Of a stretch of DNA of 64,000 nt, positions 9,675-19,616 are shown piece by piece. Within the stretch, counting starts at the first letter, position 1. Each line of letters begins with the position of its first letter. The notes under the pieces are model-generated. The model saw only the letters and a program-made list of their open reading frames with translations. It did not search any database and was not told the DNA's origin. Source of the stretch: Desulfosudaceae bacterium (lineage in GTDB: Bacteria > Desulfobacterota > Desulfobacteria > Desulfobacterales > Desulfosudaceae). The translations under genes were made by a program, and so were the position numbers. The stretch covers positions 928,001 to 992,000 of the forward strand of contig CAXXDV010000003.1 in NCBI GenBank assembly GCA_963674745.2, in the 5' to 3' direction.

Positions 9675-10316
9675 ATGCCGACAACGCTTGAAAAAGCCCT
9701 CTCAAATCCGGATTCAATGAAAGCCCGGATTTTTGCCTCCGCCCAGAAGCTTTTCGCAGAATACGGTTTCGACGGTACCACCACCCGCATGATTGCCAAG
9801 GACGTGGGGATTGATATCTCCACACTTTATTACCACTGGGGCGAAAAAAAAGAACTCTACCTGGCGGTGCTTGAAAATTTCAATAATGACATTGATCTGA
9901 AATTAAAAGAGGTCGAATCCATTGTTCACGGCACATCATTGAATACCCGGCTGGAAATCGCCATCGATGAGATGTGTGATTATCTTTTTAATAATGTTGA
10001 TGTCACCCGGTTGATCCTTTTCAGTTCTTTTATGCGTTCAAGGGAAACCGACGACCTGGGAGTGGCCATTTCGGATTATATTTCAAATATCGCTGTCTCC
10101 ATGGGGCTGGCCATGGATAAAAGCAGCATCACTTCTACCGCCAAGGCCAGGGTCATGGCAATGGTTTTATCTCTTTTCAGCTTCACCTCCGGTGAACCGT
10201 TTTTGCGCCCCGTACTTGGCGTGGAGAAGGTTCAATATATTGATATAATTAAAGATACACTTAAATTTATTATGATACCCGCGTTTACGCAGGGCGGGCA
10301 TGAGAAGAAACAATAA
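9675..10316 (+). CDS. TetR/AcrR family transcriptional regulator
   Basis: AQKLFAEYGFDGTTTRMIAKDVGIDISTLYYHWGEKKELY HTH; ATG 9675 after GGAG. Confidence 0.95.
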   Translation: MPTTLEKALSNPDSMKARIFASAQKLFAEYGFDGTTTRMIAKDVGIDISTLYYHWGEKKELYLAVLENFNNDIDLKLKEVESIVHGTSLNTRLEIAIDEMCDYLFNNVDVTRLILFSSFMRSRETDDLGVAISDYISNIAVSMGLAMDKSSITSTAKARVMAMVLSLFSFTSGEPFLRPVLGVEKVQYIDIIKDTLKFIMIPAFTQGGHEKKQ

Positions 10317-10564
10317 CAGGTAAAAAGGTGGCGACCGGTTTGAAGCTAAAGATATTCGCAAATTCCGGTCGTCATCACGTACGAACAATTAACAGATCGG
10401 AAAACAGTTACGGCATGTTCGAAAAAAGGGGGTGAGTTTTTCAACTGGAAGTCCAGGTGAACTGGCGTTTGACGTAAAGGCACGTCATGGTTTTATTTTC
10501 AGTTTGCATGGTCGACAGAAAAGAGAATGCTGGGTTAAATAACCATTTAATTAGGAGGTACGTT

Positions 10565-12697
10565 ATGGCGTTAAAGTTGGATGCCGTGGGAAAAAAGCTG
10601 GACCCGGTAACCAGGGAATACACCTGGAAAGACGCGGTGCTTTACGCGCTGGGTGTGGGAGCCGGCTTTTCAGAACTTGAATATTGCTATGAAAAAGAGC
10701 TGAAGGTCATTCCCAGTTTTTCCATTGCGGCGATTTTTGATTTTCTGGCTCAGATCGCGGTGGAAACGAATCTTAATCTGGCCGGGCTTCTTCATGCCGA
10801 GCAGGAGCTGATTTTTCATAATCCCATTCCCGTCAAGGGCAGCCTGAAGAGCGAGGGGCAGGTCACTCACATGTATGATAAGGGCGACAAAGGTGCCATT
10901 ATCATCGGCGAAAGCGAGACCTATCATTCCAGCGGCGAAAAGCTGTTCACCAGTATTGTTACCCTGTTTGCCCGGTTTGACGGCAATTTCGGCGGTGAAA
11001 ACGCGCCCAAGAATCCGGTCGTGATCCCGGATCGCGAGCCGGATATCGAGGAAGAGGCGCAGACATCAGAGGATCAACCGCTGTTGTATCGTCTTTCCGG
11101 TGATATCAACCCGCTGCATGTGGACAAAGATTTTGCCAAGATGGCAGGGTTTGAAAAACCGATTCTGCATGGATTGTGTACCCATGGTTTTGCCTGCCGG
11201 ATGCTGATAAAGAACCTGATTCCCGGTGAACCTGAAAAAGCCCGCCGTATGGCCAACCGGTTTTCCCGTCCGCTCATGCCCGGTGACCCCATCAAGCTTC
11301 AGATATGGAAAGAAGGCGAGGGGCTGGCTTACTGGCGGGTGGTCAATCCCAAGACCGGCGATACCGTCATTGACCTGGGTGTTTTTGAATATGGCGATAT
11401 CCCTAAAGACGAAATCCGGTTTGACGACCGGGTGGCCATTATCACCGGTGCCGGTGGCGGTTTGGGACGGACATACGCCCTGGAATTGGCCAAACGCGGT
11501 GCTAAAGTGGTCGTAAACGATTTGGGCGGCGCCCGCGACGGCTCAGGAAAAGGATCATCATCAGCCGCCGACAAGGTGGTCAAAGAAATCCAGAAAGCCG
11601 GTGGCGAGGCGGTTGCCAATTATGACAACGTGGCCACGGCCAAGGGCGGCGAAAATATCGTCAAGTCCGCCGTAAAAGCCTTTGGCAAGGTCGATATTGT
11701 CATTAATAACGCCGGTATTCTGCGCGACAAAAGTTTTCTTAAAATGGAACCGGAAAACTGGTCCGCGGTCATGGCCGTGCATCTTCAAGGGGCTTACAAC
11801 GTCACCCGTCCGGCTTTTAAGATCATGAAAGAAAACGGTTACGGCCGAATCATCATGACCACTTCGGCCGCCGGACTGTACGGTAATTTCGGCCAGACCA
11901 ATTATTCATCGGCCAAAATGGCCCTGGTCGGGTTTATGAACACCCTCAAGCTGGAAGGCGGGAAGTACGATATCAAGATCAATACCATTGCGCCCATTGC
12001 TGCTTCCCGGCTGACCGAAGATATCATGCCACCCGATATATTCGCCAAAATGGATCCCGAATATGTCAGCGCCATGGCGCTTTACCTGTGCAGTGAGCGT
12101 TGTCCTGTCAATGGTAATATTTACAACGCCGGTATGGGCTTTTTCAATCGGGCGGCTGTTATAACCGGTCCCGGCGCGGTGCTGGCCGACGGTGAGGATG
12201 GATTTCCGTCAGCGGAAGACGTTCGCGACAATCTGCGCCAGATTTCTTCTTTGAAGAACGGTAAACCCTACTATCAACTGAATGATCAGGTCGGCGATGT
12301 TATGACCGCCCTGATGAACCCGCCTTCAGCCGATGCCGGTGATGCTGCGGCTCCCCAGGCGGAGGCCCCGGCAGCCGCGGGATCGGTTAAGGACTATTTC
12401 GCTTCCATGAACGACCATTTCGTGAAAGAGGCGGCTGCGGGTGTTGACGTTATTTTTAATTTCCTGATTTCCGGTGGCGGTGGTGGTGACTGGCACTGCA
12501 TCATCAAGGACCAGACCTGCACGGTGAAAACCGGTGCAGCCGGCAAGGCCACCTGCACCATTAAAATGGCGGACGGCGATTTTCTTGACATGATGTCCGG
12601 CAAGCTGGCGCCCATGGCGGCCTATTCATCGGGCAAGCTGGTTATTGAGGGAGATGTCATGAAATCGCAGCTGATTGAAAAAGTGTTTAAACAATAA
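10565..12697 (+). CDS. Multifunctional enzyme type 2-like fusion: MaoC double hot-dog (R)-hydratase + SDR 3-hydroxyacyl-CoA dehydrogenase + SCP2
   Basis: YALGVG, YRLSGDINPLHVD and PILHGLCT (hydratase 2); TGAGGGLG, NNAGILRD, GQTNYSSAK (SDR); C-terminal SCP2 (GKLVIEGDVM); AGGAGG RBS before 10565. Confidence 0.9.
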   Translation: MALKLDAVGKKLDPVTREYTWKDAVLYALGVGAGFSELEYCYEKELKVIPSFSIAAIFDFLAQIAVETNLNLAGLLHAEQELIFHNPIPVKGSLKSEGQVTHMYDKGDKGAIIIGESETYHSSGEKLFTSIVTLFARFDGNFGGENAPKNPVVIPDREPDIEEEAQTSEDQPLLYRLSGDINPLHVDKDFAKMAGFEKPILHGLCTHGFACRMLIKNLIPGEPEKARRMANRFSRPLMPGDPIKLQIWKEGEGLAYWRVVNPKTGDTVIDLGVFEYGDIPKDEIRFDDRVAIITGAGGGLGRTYALELAKRGAKVVVNDLGGARDGSGKGSSSAADKVVKEIQKAGGEAVANYDNVATAKGGENIVKSAVKAFGKVDIVINNAGILRDKSFLKMEPENWSAVMAVHLQGAYNVTRPAFKIMKENGYGRIIMTTSAAGLYGNFGQTNYSSAKMALVGFMNTLKLEGGKYDIKINTIAPIAASRLTEDIMPPDIFAKMDPEYVSAMALYLCSERCPVNGNIYNAGMGFFNRAAVITGPGAVLADGEDGFPSAEDVRDNLRQISSLKNGKPYYQLNDQVGDVMTALMNPPSADAGDAAAPQAEAPAAAGSVKDYFASMNDHFVKEAAAGVDVIFNFLISGGGGGDWHCIIKDQTCTVKTGAAGKATCTIKMADGDFLDMMSGKLAPMAAYSSGKLVIEGDVMKSQLIEKVFKQ

Positions 12698-12762
12698 CAC
12701 CTGTCGCTGAATAAAAATATAATATTTACGACAACCGGAAACAAGATAAGGAGATATATAAA

Positions 12763-15498
12763 ATGATTGGTATTACTTCTTATGGCGCATTTGTTCCGCG
12801 TTACCGACTAAGCCGCAGTTCCATTTTCCAGACCATGGGATGGTTTGCCCCGGCGATCATGATGGTCGCCCAGGGTGAACGGTCCATGTGTAACTGGGAT
12901 GAGGATCCGATTACCATGGCGGTCGGCGCGGGACGGGATTGCTTGACAGAATATGATAAACAACAGATTGACGGTTTGTACCTGGCCTCGACCAGCCTTC
13001 CGTTTATTGACCGGCAGAACGCCGGCATTGTATCTACGGCGTTGAACTTGAGCGAACATATGGCCACCGCCGACTTCACCTCTTCCCAGCGGGCCGGCAC
13101 CTCGGCGCTGATTCACGCTGTGGAATCGGTCAAGAGCAAGGAAAAAAACAATGTGATGGTCATCGGCACCGATGCCCGGGAAACCAAGCCTGCCTATTTT
13201 TATGAAATGTGGTATGGCGACGGCGCCGCCGCTGTAACGATCGGCTCCAAAGACGTTGTCGCGGAATACAAGGGGTCGTTTACGTTGACCCGCGATTTTG
13301 TGGACCATTATAAAGGCAAAGGCCGGCGTTTTGATTATTTCTGGGAAGAGCGCTGGGTAAGGGATGAAGGCTTTTCCAAGATCATTCCCGAAGCCGTGAA
13401 CGGCCTGTTCGAGAAAATCGGGATGACCGGCGACAAGGTCGACAAGTTTGTATTCCCCTGCTTTTTTGCCAAAGACCGGAAAAAGATCGCCAAGCTGTGC
13501 GGTATTGATCCGTCCAAGATCACCGATCCGCTGCACGAGGTCTGCGGTGACACCGGCGCAGCCCATGCGCTGCTGATGCTGGCCGCGGCCCTTGATGACG
13601 CCAAAGCAGGCGACGTTATTGTTGTGGCTGGTTTCGGACAGGGTTGTGACGCGCTGTGTTTCAAGGTAACCAAAAATATTGCCAACCTGGCGCCCAGAGA
13701 CGGCGCTCGCGGCACCCTGGAGAACAAACTTTCCATTGATAATTATGCCAAATTCCTGGTTTTCCGTCAGTTGATCGAACCGGATATGGGTATTCGGGCG
13801 GAAGCGCCGCTGCAGACGGCCACAACGGCTCTGTATCGGAACCGGAAAATGTTGCTTGGTCTGGTGGGCGGCAAGTGCCGGGAATGCGGTACACCGCAGT
13901 TTCCCAAGACCCAGGTCTGCGTTAACCCTCACTGCGGGGCCATGCACAGCCAGGATGATTATGAATTCGCCGGTCAGCCGGCCAAGGTCAAGACGTTTAC
14001 CGGTGACATGCTGTCGGTCAGTGTGGATCCGCCCAATATTTACGGTATGGTCCAATTTGACAACGGCGGCCGGATGATGGCCGACTTTACGGATTGCAGC
14101 ATTGACGATGTCAAGGTCGGCCTGCCGGTGGAAATGGTTTTCCGTCGACGGGTGGTCGATCCGGAACGCAAGTTCTCGTCTTACTTCTGGAAAGCCAAAC
14201 CCATGGCCGGTGCCATGGATGAAATGGACAAGCTTACCCTGGACGGTCGTGTAGCGGTTATTACCGGTGCCGGCGGCGGTCTGGGCCGGGCCTATGCCCT
14301 GGAATTCGCCCGACGCGGTGCCAAAGTGGTGGTTAATGACCTGGGCGGCGCCCGTGACGGTTCGGGTAAGGGATCAAAGTCTCCGGCTGAAGTGGTCGTC
14401 AAGGAGATCGAGGACCTGGGCGGTGAGGCCATTGCCAATTACGACAACGTGGCGACGGCCAAAGGTGGTGAAAATATCATCAAGGCTGCGGTCAAGGCCT
14501 TCGGTACCGTGGATATCGTCGTCAATAATGCCGGTATTCTCAGGGACAAGAGCTTCCTGAAGATGGAACCGGACAATTGGGACGCTGTTCTGGCGGTGCA
14601 CCTTACCGGTGCCTATAACGTCACCCGGCCGGCCTTTGCGATTATGAAGGAAAACGGATTCGGTCGTATTATTATGACCACGTCTGCAGCCGGTCTTTAC
14701 GGCAACTTCGGTCAGACCAACTACTCCTCGGCCAAGATGGCCCTGGTGGGTTTCATGAATACCCTTAAACTGGAAGGGGGCAAGTACAATATCAAGGTCA
14801 ACACGATTGCGCCGCTGGCCGCTTCCCGGCTGACCGAAGACATTATGCCGCCGGAAATTTTTGAAAAAATGAAACCGGAATATGTGGTACCGCTGGTGAC
14901 CTATCTGGCCAGCGAGGAATGCGAGCCCTCCGGAAACATTTTTAATGCCGGTATGGGGTATTACAACCGTGCCGCCATAATGACCGGCAACACCGTCCAG
15001 ATCGGCGATAATGACAATCTGCCAACGCCGGAGGACATTCATAAAAACTGGGATGCCATCAACAGCCTGGAAGGCGCCAAGGAATTGTCCGATCTGAATA
15101 CGGCCATGATGGACCTGCTGTCAGGACCCCAGTCCGGTGCTTCGGATGACGCCCAGCCGGCTGCTGGTGCCGGGGATGTCACCCCCCAGGCGGTTTTTGA
15201 TATGATGCCCAGCGTCTTCAAGCCTGACGCTGCGGCCGGCGTTGATGTGGTCTTCCAATACTGTATTTCCGGGCCCACCGGAGGTGACTGGAACGTCACG
15301 GTTAAAGACCAGGCATGTCAGGTCGCACAGGGCAAGGCCGCTAAACCGACCTGTACCATCAAGATGGCCGACGATAAGTTTATCCTGATGGTTACCGGCA
15401 AGTTGAACCCCATGAAGGCGTTCTCTTCAGGTGATCTGGTCATAGAAGGCGATGTAATGAAATCTCAGCTTCTTGAAAAGCTGTTTACCTTAAACTAG
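12763..15498 (+). CDS. Fusion: HMG-CoA synthase-like (thiolase fold) + DUF35 Zn-ribbon/OB-fold + SDR + SCP2
   Basis: MIGITSYGAFVPRYRL, DEDPITMA, GDGAAA (HMGS-like); CRECG...CVNPHC plus OB fold (DUF35); SDR and SCP2 paralogous to the upstream gene. Confidence 0.88.
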   Translation: MIGITSYGAFVPRYRLSRSSIFQTMGWFAPAIMMVAQGERSMCNWDEDPITMAVGAGRDCLTEYDKQQIDGLYLASTSLPFIDRQNAGIVSTALNLSEHMATADFTSSQRAGTSALIHAVESVKSKEKNNVMVIGTDARETKPAYFYEMWYGDGAAAVTIGSKDVVAEYKGSFTLTRDFVDHYKGKGRRFDYFWEERWVRDEGFSKIIPEAVNGLFEKIGMTGDKVDKFVFPCFFAKDRKKIAKLCGIDPSKITDPLHEVCGDTGAAHALLMLAAALDDAKAGDVIVVAGFGQGCDALCFKVTKNIANLAPRDGARGTLENKLSIDNYAKFLVFRQLIEPDMGIRAEAPLQTATTALYRNRKMLLGLVGGKCRECGTPQFPKTQVCVNPHCGAMHSQDDYEFAGQPAKVKTFTGDMLSVSVDPPNIYGMVQFDNGGRMMADFTDCSIDDVKVGLPVEMVFRRRVVDPERKFSSYFWKAKPMAGAMDEMDKLTLDGRVAVITGAGGGLGRAYALEFARRGAKVVVNDLGGARDGSGKGSKSPAEVVVKEIEDLGGEAIANYDNVATAKGGENIIKAAVKAFGTVDIVVNNAGILRDKSFLKMEPDNWDAVLAVHLTGAYNVTRPAFAIMKENGFGRIIMTTSAAGLYGNFGQTNYSSAKMALVGFMNTLKLEGGKYNIKVNTIAPLAASRLTEDIMPPEIFEKMKPEYVVPLVTYLASEECEPSGNIFNAGMGYYNRAAIMTGNTVQIGDNDNLPTPEDIHKNWDAINSLEGAKELSDLNTAMMDLLSGPQSGASDDAQPAAGAGDVTPQAVFDMMPSVFKPDAAAGVDVVFQYCISGPTGGDWNVTVKDQACQVAQGKAAKPTCTIKMADDKFILMVTGKLNPMKAFSSGDLVIEGDVMKSQLLEKLFTLN

Positions 15499-15513
15499 AA
15501 GGAGGGTGAACAA

Positions 15514-16728
15514 ATGGCTACAGGTATTAGAGATAAAGTAGCGATTATCGGCATGGGCTGTACCAAGTTCGGAGAACGCTGGGATGCGAATGGCGAAGAT
15601 TTGCTTGTTGAGGCGTTTGAAGAGTGCCTGGCGGATTCCGGCCTTGAAAAAAAGGATATTGAAGCCGCCTGGTTCGGCACCTGCTTAGAAGAAATAAATG
15701 TTGGTAAAACCGGCATGCCGTTGTCAACCACGCTGCGGCTGCCCATGATCCCGGTGACCCGGGTTGAAAACTACTGTGCCACCGGCACCGAGGCCTTTCG
15801 CGGGGCTTGCTATGCGGTTGCATCCGGGGCCTATGACATTTGTCTGGCCCAGGGGCTGGAAAAACTGAAAGACACCGGTTACGGCGGGTTACCCAACCCG
15901 GGTTCCGGGGCCGGTACCCTGACCTGGCAATGGTGGCCGAATATTTCGGCGCCCGGATGTTTTGCCCAGCTGGCCAGTGCGTATGCCGCCAAATATAAGG
16001 TCAAGGACGAAGACCTGAAACGCGCCATCGCCCATGTGTCGGTCAAAAGTCATGCCAATGGCGCCTTGAACCCCAAGGCCCATCTGCAGAAAGTAGTCAC
16101 CGAAGCACAGGTGATGGGCGCACCCATTATTGCACATCCGCTGGGACTGTTCGACTGCTGCGGCGTCAGTGACGGCTCGGCCTGTGCGATTGTAACCACA
16201 CCGGAAATCGCCAAAAAGCTGGGCAAGAAAAAAGCCGAGATCGTCAGCGTCAAGGCGCTGCAGGTTGCGCTCAGCAGCGGTCAGGAAGTCGGTTACAATG
16301 AATGGGACGGCGAGCATTTCATGACCACCTCCATCGCCAGTACCCGGGCCTATGAAGAAGCCGGGATCAAGGACCCCAGAAAAGAGATCAGCATGATGGA
16401 AGTCCATGACTGCTTTTCCATTACCGAGCTGGTCACCTATGAGGACCTGCACATTTCCGAGCGCGGACAGGCCTGGAAGGATTCCTTGAACGGTATGTAT
16501 GACAGAGACGGAGAAGTGCCCTGCCAGATTGATGGTGGCCTGAAATGCTTCGGTCATCCTATCGGCGCCTCCGGTCTGCGGATGCTCTATGAGATGTATC
16601 TGCAGCTTTTGGGCCGGGCGGACAAACGCCAGTTGGACAACCCGAAAATCGGTTTGACGCATAATCTGGGCGGCTTTCCGTTCCAGAACATCTGCGCCAT
16701 TTCCATTATCGGAAAATATGGCAAATGA
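15514..16728 (+). CDS. SCPx-type thiolase / acetyl-CoA acetyltransferase
   Basis: VENYCATG catalytic Cys, VHDCF, GHPIGASG. Confidence 0.93.
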   Translation: MATGIRDKVAIIGMGCTKFGERWDANGEDLLVEAFEECLADSGLEKKDIEAAWFGTCLEEINVGKTGMPLSTTLRLPMIPVTRVENYCATGTEAFRGACYAVASGAYDICLAQGLEKLKDTGYGGLPNPGSGAGTLTWQWWPNISAPGCFAQLASAYAAKYKVKDEDLKRAIAHVSVKSHANGALNPKAHLQKVVTEAQVMGAPIIAHPLGLFDCCGVSDGSACAIVTTPEIAKKLGKKKAEIVSVKALQVALSSGQEVGYNEWDGEHFMTTSIASTRAYEEAGIKDPRKEISMMEVHDCFSITELVTYEDLHISERGQAWKDSLNGMYDRDGEVPCQIDGGLKCFGHPIGASGLRMLYEMYLQLLGRADKRQLDNPKIGLTHNLGGFPFQNICAISIIGKYGK

Positions 16729-16753
16729 TGATAAACCGTGTGAATAGACACTA

Positions 16754-16795
16754 GAACAAACAGGGGCGACCCGTTGGTGTCGCCCCTGTTTGTTC
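16754..16795. repeat. REP-like / terminator-like 17-bp-stem hairpin
   Basis: GAACAAACAGGGGCGAC-8 nt-GTCGCCCCTGTTTGTTC; core resembles the other AGGGGCGAC repeats. Confidence 0.65.
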
Positions 16796-16816
16796 AACTT
16801 TATATGTGGGGGACCC

Positions 16817-17971
16817 ATGGATTTTGCGCTTGATAAATCACAAAAAGAGATTCAGAAAGCAGTCCGGGATTTTACCAAAGGTGAATTCGACAAGGACCTG
16901 GGACTGGATCTTGAGAAAGAAGGAAAGTATCCCGCGGATATATTGGCCGGTGCCTGTGACCTGGGGTTTATCGGTATTCATTTTCCGGAAAAATACCTGG
17001 GCGCCGATCTCGGCCTGTTTGAAAACTGCCTGATTGCCGAAGAGCTGTGCCGCAAGGACTCCACCCTGGGACTGGCGCTGATGATGGCCGGATACGGCGC
17101 GGAATGCGTTCTGCGGTTCGGCAGTGACGGCCAGAAGGATCAATACCTGACGCCCGTAGCCGAAGGGAAGATGTTCTCGGCGGCGGCCTTCATGGAACCC
17201 GGGCAGGCTTTTGATATGCGTGTCATGCAGACAACTGCCGCCAAGGACGGTGACGGCTGGGTCATTAACGGTAAAAAATCAATGGTATTGAACGGCAATA
17301 GCGCCGGTTTTTATATCGTCCTCTGCCAGACCGATGACACCGCCGCCACGCCGGATAAGCGTTTGAGCATGTTTATTGTGGACGGAGATACACCGGGCAT
17401 TACCTGTGAAGATGTGGGACGCCGCATCGGTTGCAATATGCTTTCGGCTGCCGACGTGACCTTTAATAATGTCAAGGTCGGTGCGGACAAACTGATCGGT
17501 ACCGAAGGCGCCGGATATTCCCAGGTGAATGCTTATTTTAACGAACTGCGGGTGCTGCTGTCGGCCATGGCCGTCGGCATTGCCCAGGGTGCCTATGAAA
17601 AAGCCCTGGACTATATCAAACAGCGGGAGCAGTTCGGAAAAAAACTGGCCATGTTTCATATCACCTGGCACAAGGTGGCGGATATGGCCGCTCAAATAGA
17701 ATATGCCAGGACCCTGACCTATAAGGCCGCATGGACTTTTGACAAGGGGAAACTGGACGCGGGCCTGGCCTCCATAACCAAAATGACAGCTGCCAAAGCG
17801 GCTATGGCGGTAACCTATGAGGCGATTCAACTTTATGGCGGTTACGGATTTATGACCGAATATGAAGTTGAACATTTTTACCGGGACGCCAAGTTTATAG
17901 ACCTTTTCTGCGGCGCTATCAGCGTACAGAAAGATGTCATCGCGGAAACAATCGTCGGTAAAATTAAATAA
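16817..17971 (+). CDS. Acyl-CoA dehydrogenase family protein
   Basis: WVINGKK, QREQFGK, AIQLYGGYGF; the C-terminal IYEGT motif is degenerate (LFCGA). Confidence 0.92.
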   Translation: MDFALDKSQKEIQKAVRDFTKGEFDKDLGLDLEKEGKYPADILAGACDLGFIGIHFPEKYLGADLGLFENCLIAEELCRKDSTLGLALMMAGYGAECVLRFGSDGQKDQYLTPVAEGKMFSAAAFMEPGQAFDMRVMQTTAAKDGDGWVINGKKSMVLNGNSAGFYIVLCQTDDTAATPDKRLSMFIVDGDTPGITCEDVGRRIGCNMLSAADVTFNNVKVGADKLIGTEGAGYSQVNAYFNELRVLLSAMAVGIAQGAYEKALDYIKQREQFGKKLAMFHITWHKVADMAAQIEYARTLTYKAAWTFDKGKLDAGLASITKMTAAKAAMAVTYEAIQLYGGYGFMTEYEVEHFYRDAKFIDLFCGAISVQKDVIAETIVGKIK

Positions 17972-17997
17972 CGGGTTACGCCAAAAGGAGGATGGCT

Positions 17998-19143
17998 ATG
18001 GATATTTTGAATTACACGGAAGCGCATCAACAGTTCCGCATGCGGCTCCGGGAATTCTGTCAGAAAGAGATTATCCCCAATGTGGATCAGTGGGAAGCCG
18101 ACCACATCGTGCCCAAAAGCGCTTGGAAGCGCATGGGCGAAGAGGGCTTTTTGTGCACCAACGCGCCGGCTGAATACGGCGGGCACGGTCTGGATTTTCT
18201 GTATTCCGTGATTGTGGCCGAAGAGCTGGCCAGGACCAATCATACCGGTCTGGCCGCGCCGTTGCACAGCGATATTGTGGTGCCGTATATCGTTTCCTAC
18301 GGCTCGGAAGAGATAAAGAAAAAATATATTCCCGGCTGTACCACCGGAGATATTATTACGGCCGTGGCCATGACTGAATCGGATGCCGGCAGTGATGTGG
18401 CCGCCATGACGACCACGGCCGAAGAAGACGGAGACATGGTCGTTATCAACGGCTCCAAGACATTTATCACCAACGGCATCAATGCCGATCTGGTGGTGGT
18501 GGCCGCCAAGGACCCCAACGCGGAAAACCCGCACCAGGCGGTTTCGCTCTACATTGTCGAGGATGGCACGCCCGGGTTTACCCGCGGTCGTCATCTGGAG
18601 AAAATGGGCTTTCACAGCCAGGATACGGCCGAGCTGTTTTTCACCAATTGCCGCATCCCCAGGGAGAATATATTGGGGCAGAAAAACATGGGCTTTATCA
18701 TGCTCATGGAGAAACTTCAGCAGGAACGGCTGATCTGCGCCATCATGGCCCAGTTTGCCGTAGAGCTCATGCTTGAAGCCGCGATACTGTATTGCCAGAC
18801 CACCAAGGACACCACCGGAAAGCCGATGTCCAAATACCAGGGCATGAACTTTCAGCTGGTGGAAATGATGACCGAAGCCCATATCGGCCGGGTGTTCATG
18901 GAGAAGCTGGTGGCGGATCATATGGAAGGTCTGAGTGTGGTCAAGGAAACCTGCATGGCCAAGTACTGGCACACGGACCTGACCCAGAAGATATCCAACC
19001 AGGTAATGGATCTGATCGGCGAAGAGGCCACGGCCGAACGCAGCATGATCCTGCGCGGCTGGCGTGACCTGAGGGTATTGCCTATTTTTGCGGGTACCAA
19101 CGAGATCATGAAGATGGTCGTCGGTAAAATGTCGGGACTTTAG
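17998..19143 (+). CDS. Acyl-CoA dehydrogenase (LCAD-like)
   Basis: AMTESDAGSD, INGSKTFITNG, QQERL, IFAGTNEIMK; start at 17998 by RBS spacing (17992 also possible). Confidence 0.93.
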   Translation: MDILNYTEAHQQFRMRLREFCQKEIIPNVDQWEADHIVPKSAWKRMGEEGFLCTNAPAEYGGHGLDFLYSVIVAEELARTNHTGLAAPLHSDIVVPYIVSYGSEEIKKKYIPGCTTGDIITAVAMTESDAGSDVAAMTTTAEEDGDMVVINGSKTFITNGINADLVVVAAKDPNAENPHQAVSLYIVEDGTPGFTRGRHLEKMGFHSQDTAELFFTNCRIPRENILGQKNMGFIMLMEKLQQERLICAIMAQFAVELMLEAAILYCQTTKDTTGKPMSKYQGMNFQLVEMMTEAHIGRVFMEKLVADHMEGLSVVKETCMAKYWHTDLTQKISNQVMDLIGEEATAERSMILRGWRDLRVLPIFAGTNEIMKMVVGKMSGL

Positions 19144-19217
19144 GAGGAAAAAAAGCCAGACCTTCTGTTTTCTAGACGGGGTGCCTTAGGCGGAAGACTT
19201 TGGGCTAAAGAGGCGTA

Positions 19218-19553
19218 GTGTTTAAGTGGTTAGGTGATTATGTGATTAAGGTGTTCGTGTCCTGACCGGGCACGATCCTGAACCGGGACGATAAGTTACA
19301 GTTTCACTTTAAAGTTGCAGTGATTAGGTGCTTTAGTGGTTAAGGCTTTAAGTGCTAAGTGTTAGACCTCAGGTAAATGAGGATTAGTGTATAATTGTTT
19401 ATGACTTTATGGGGATCAGATTTTGAGGAATTGAGTGGTTAGGACGTTATGGATAACGATATCTGCTGATCTCATAATTTTTTAACGCTTTAGCCACATA
19501 CTTTTTCAAACCGCTGAACCCTTAACCACTTAAACACATAAACACTTAATCAC
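19218..19553. repeat. Second inverted octamer-array element
   Basis: GTGTTTAA GTGGTTAG GTGATTAT GTGATTAA at 19218-19249, more units at about 19320-19365, inverted units at about 19514-19553. Confidence 0.85.
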
Positions 19554-19616
19554 AATAGTCTTAAAACTATAAAACCTTTAAGAGATAACGTAACCATTTT
19601 GACGGAGAAGCTAAAT

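Noticed and set aside
12808..14055. Long antisense ORFs (also 1252..2100, 15889..16818, 17878..18972, 19635..20741, 21509..22486, 23473..24381, 34902..35969, 59702..60793)
   Set aside because: Shadow ORFs opposite well-supported genes, with no recognisable motifs
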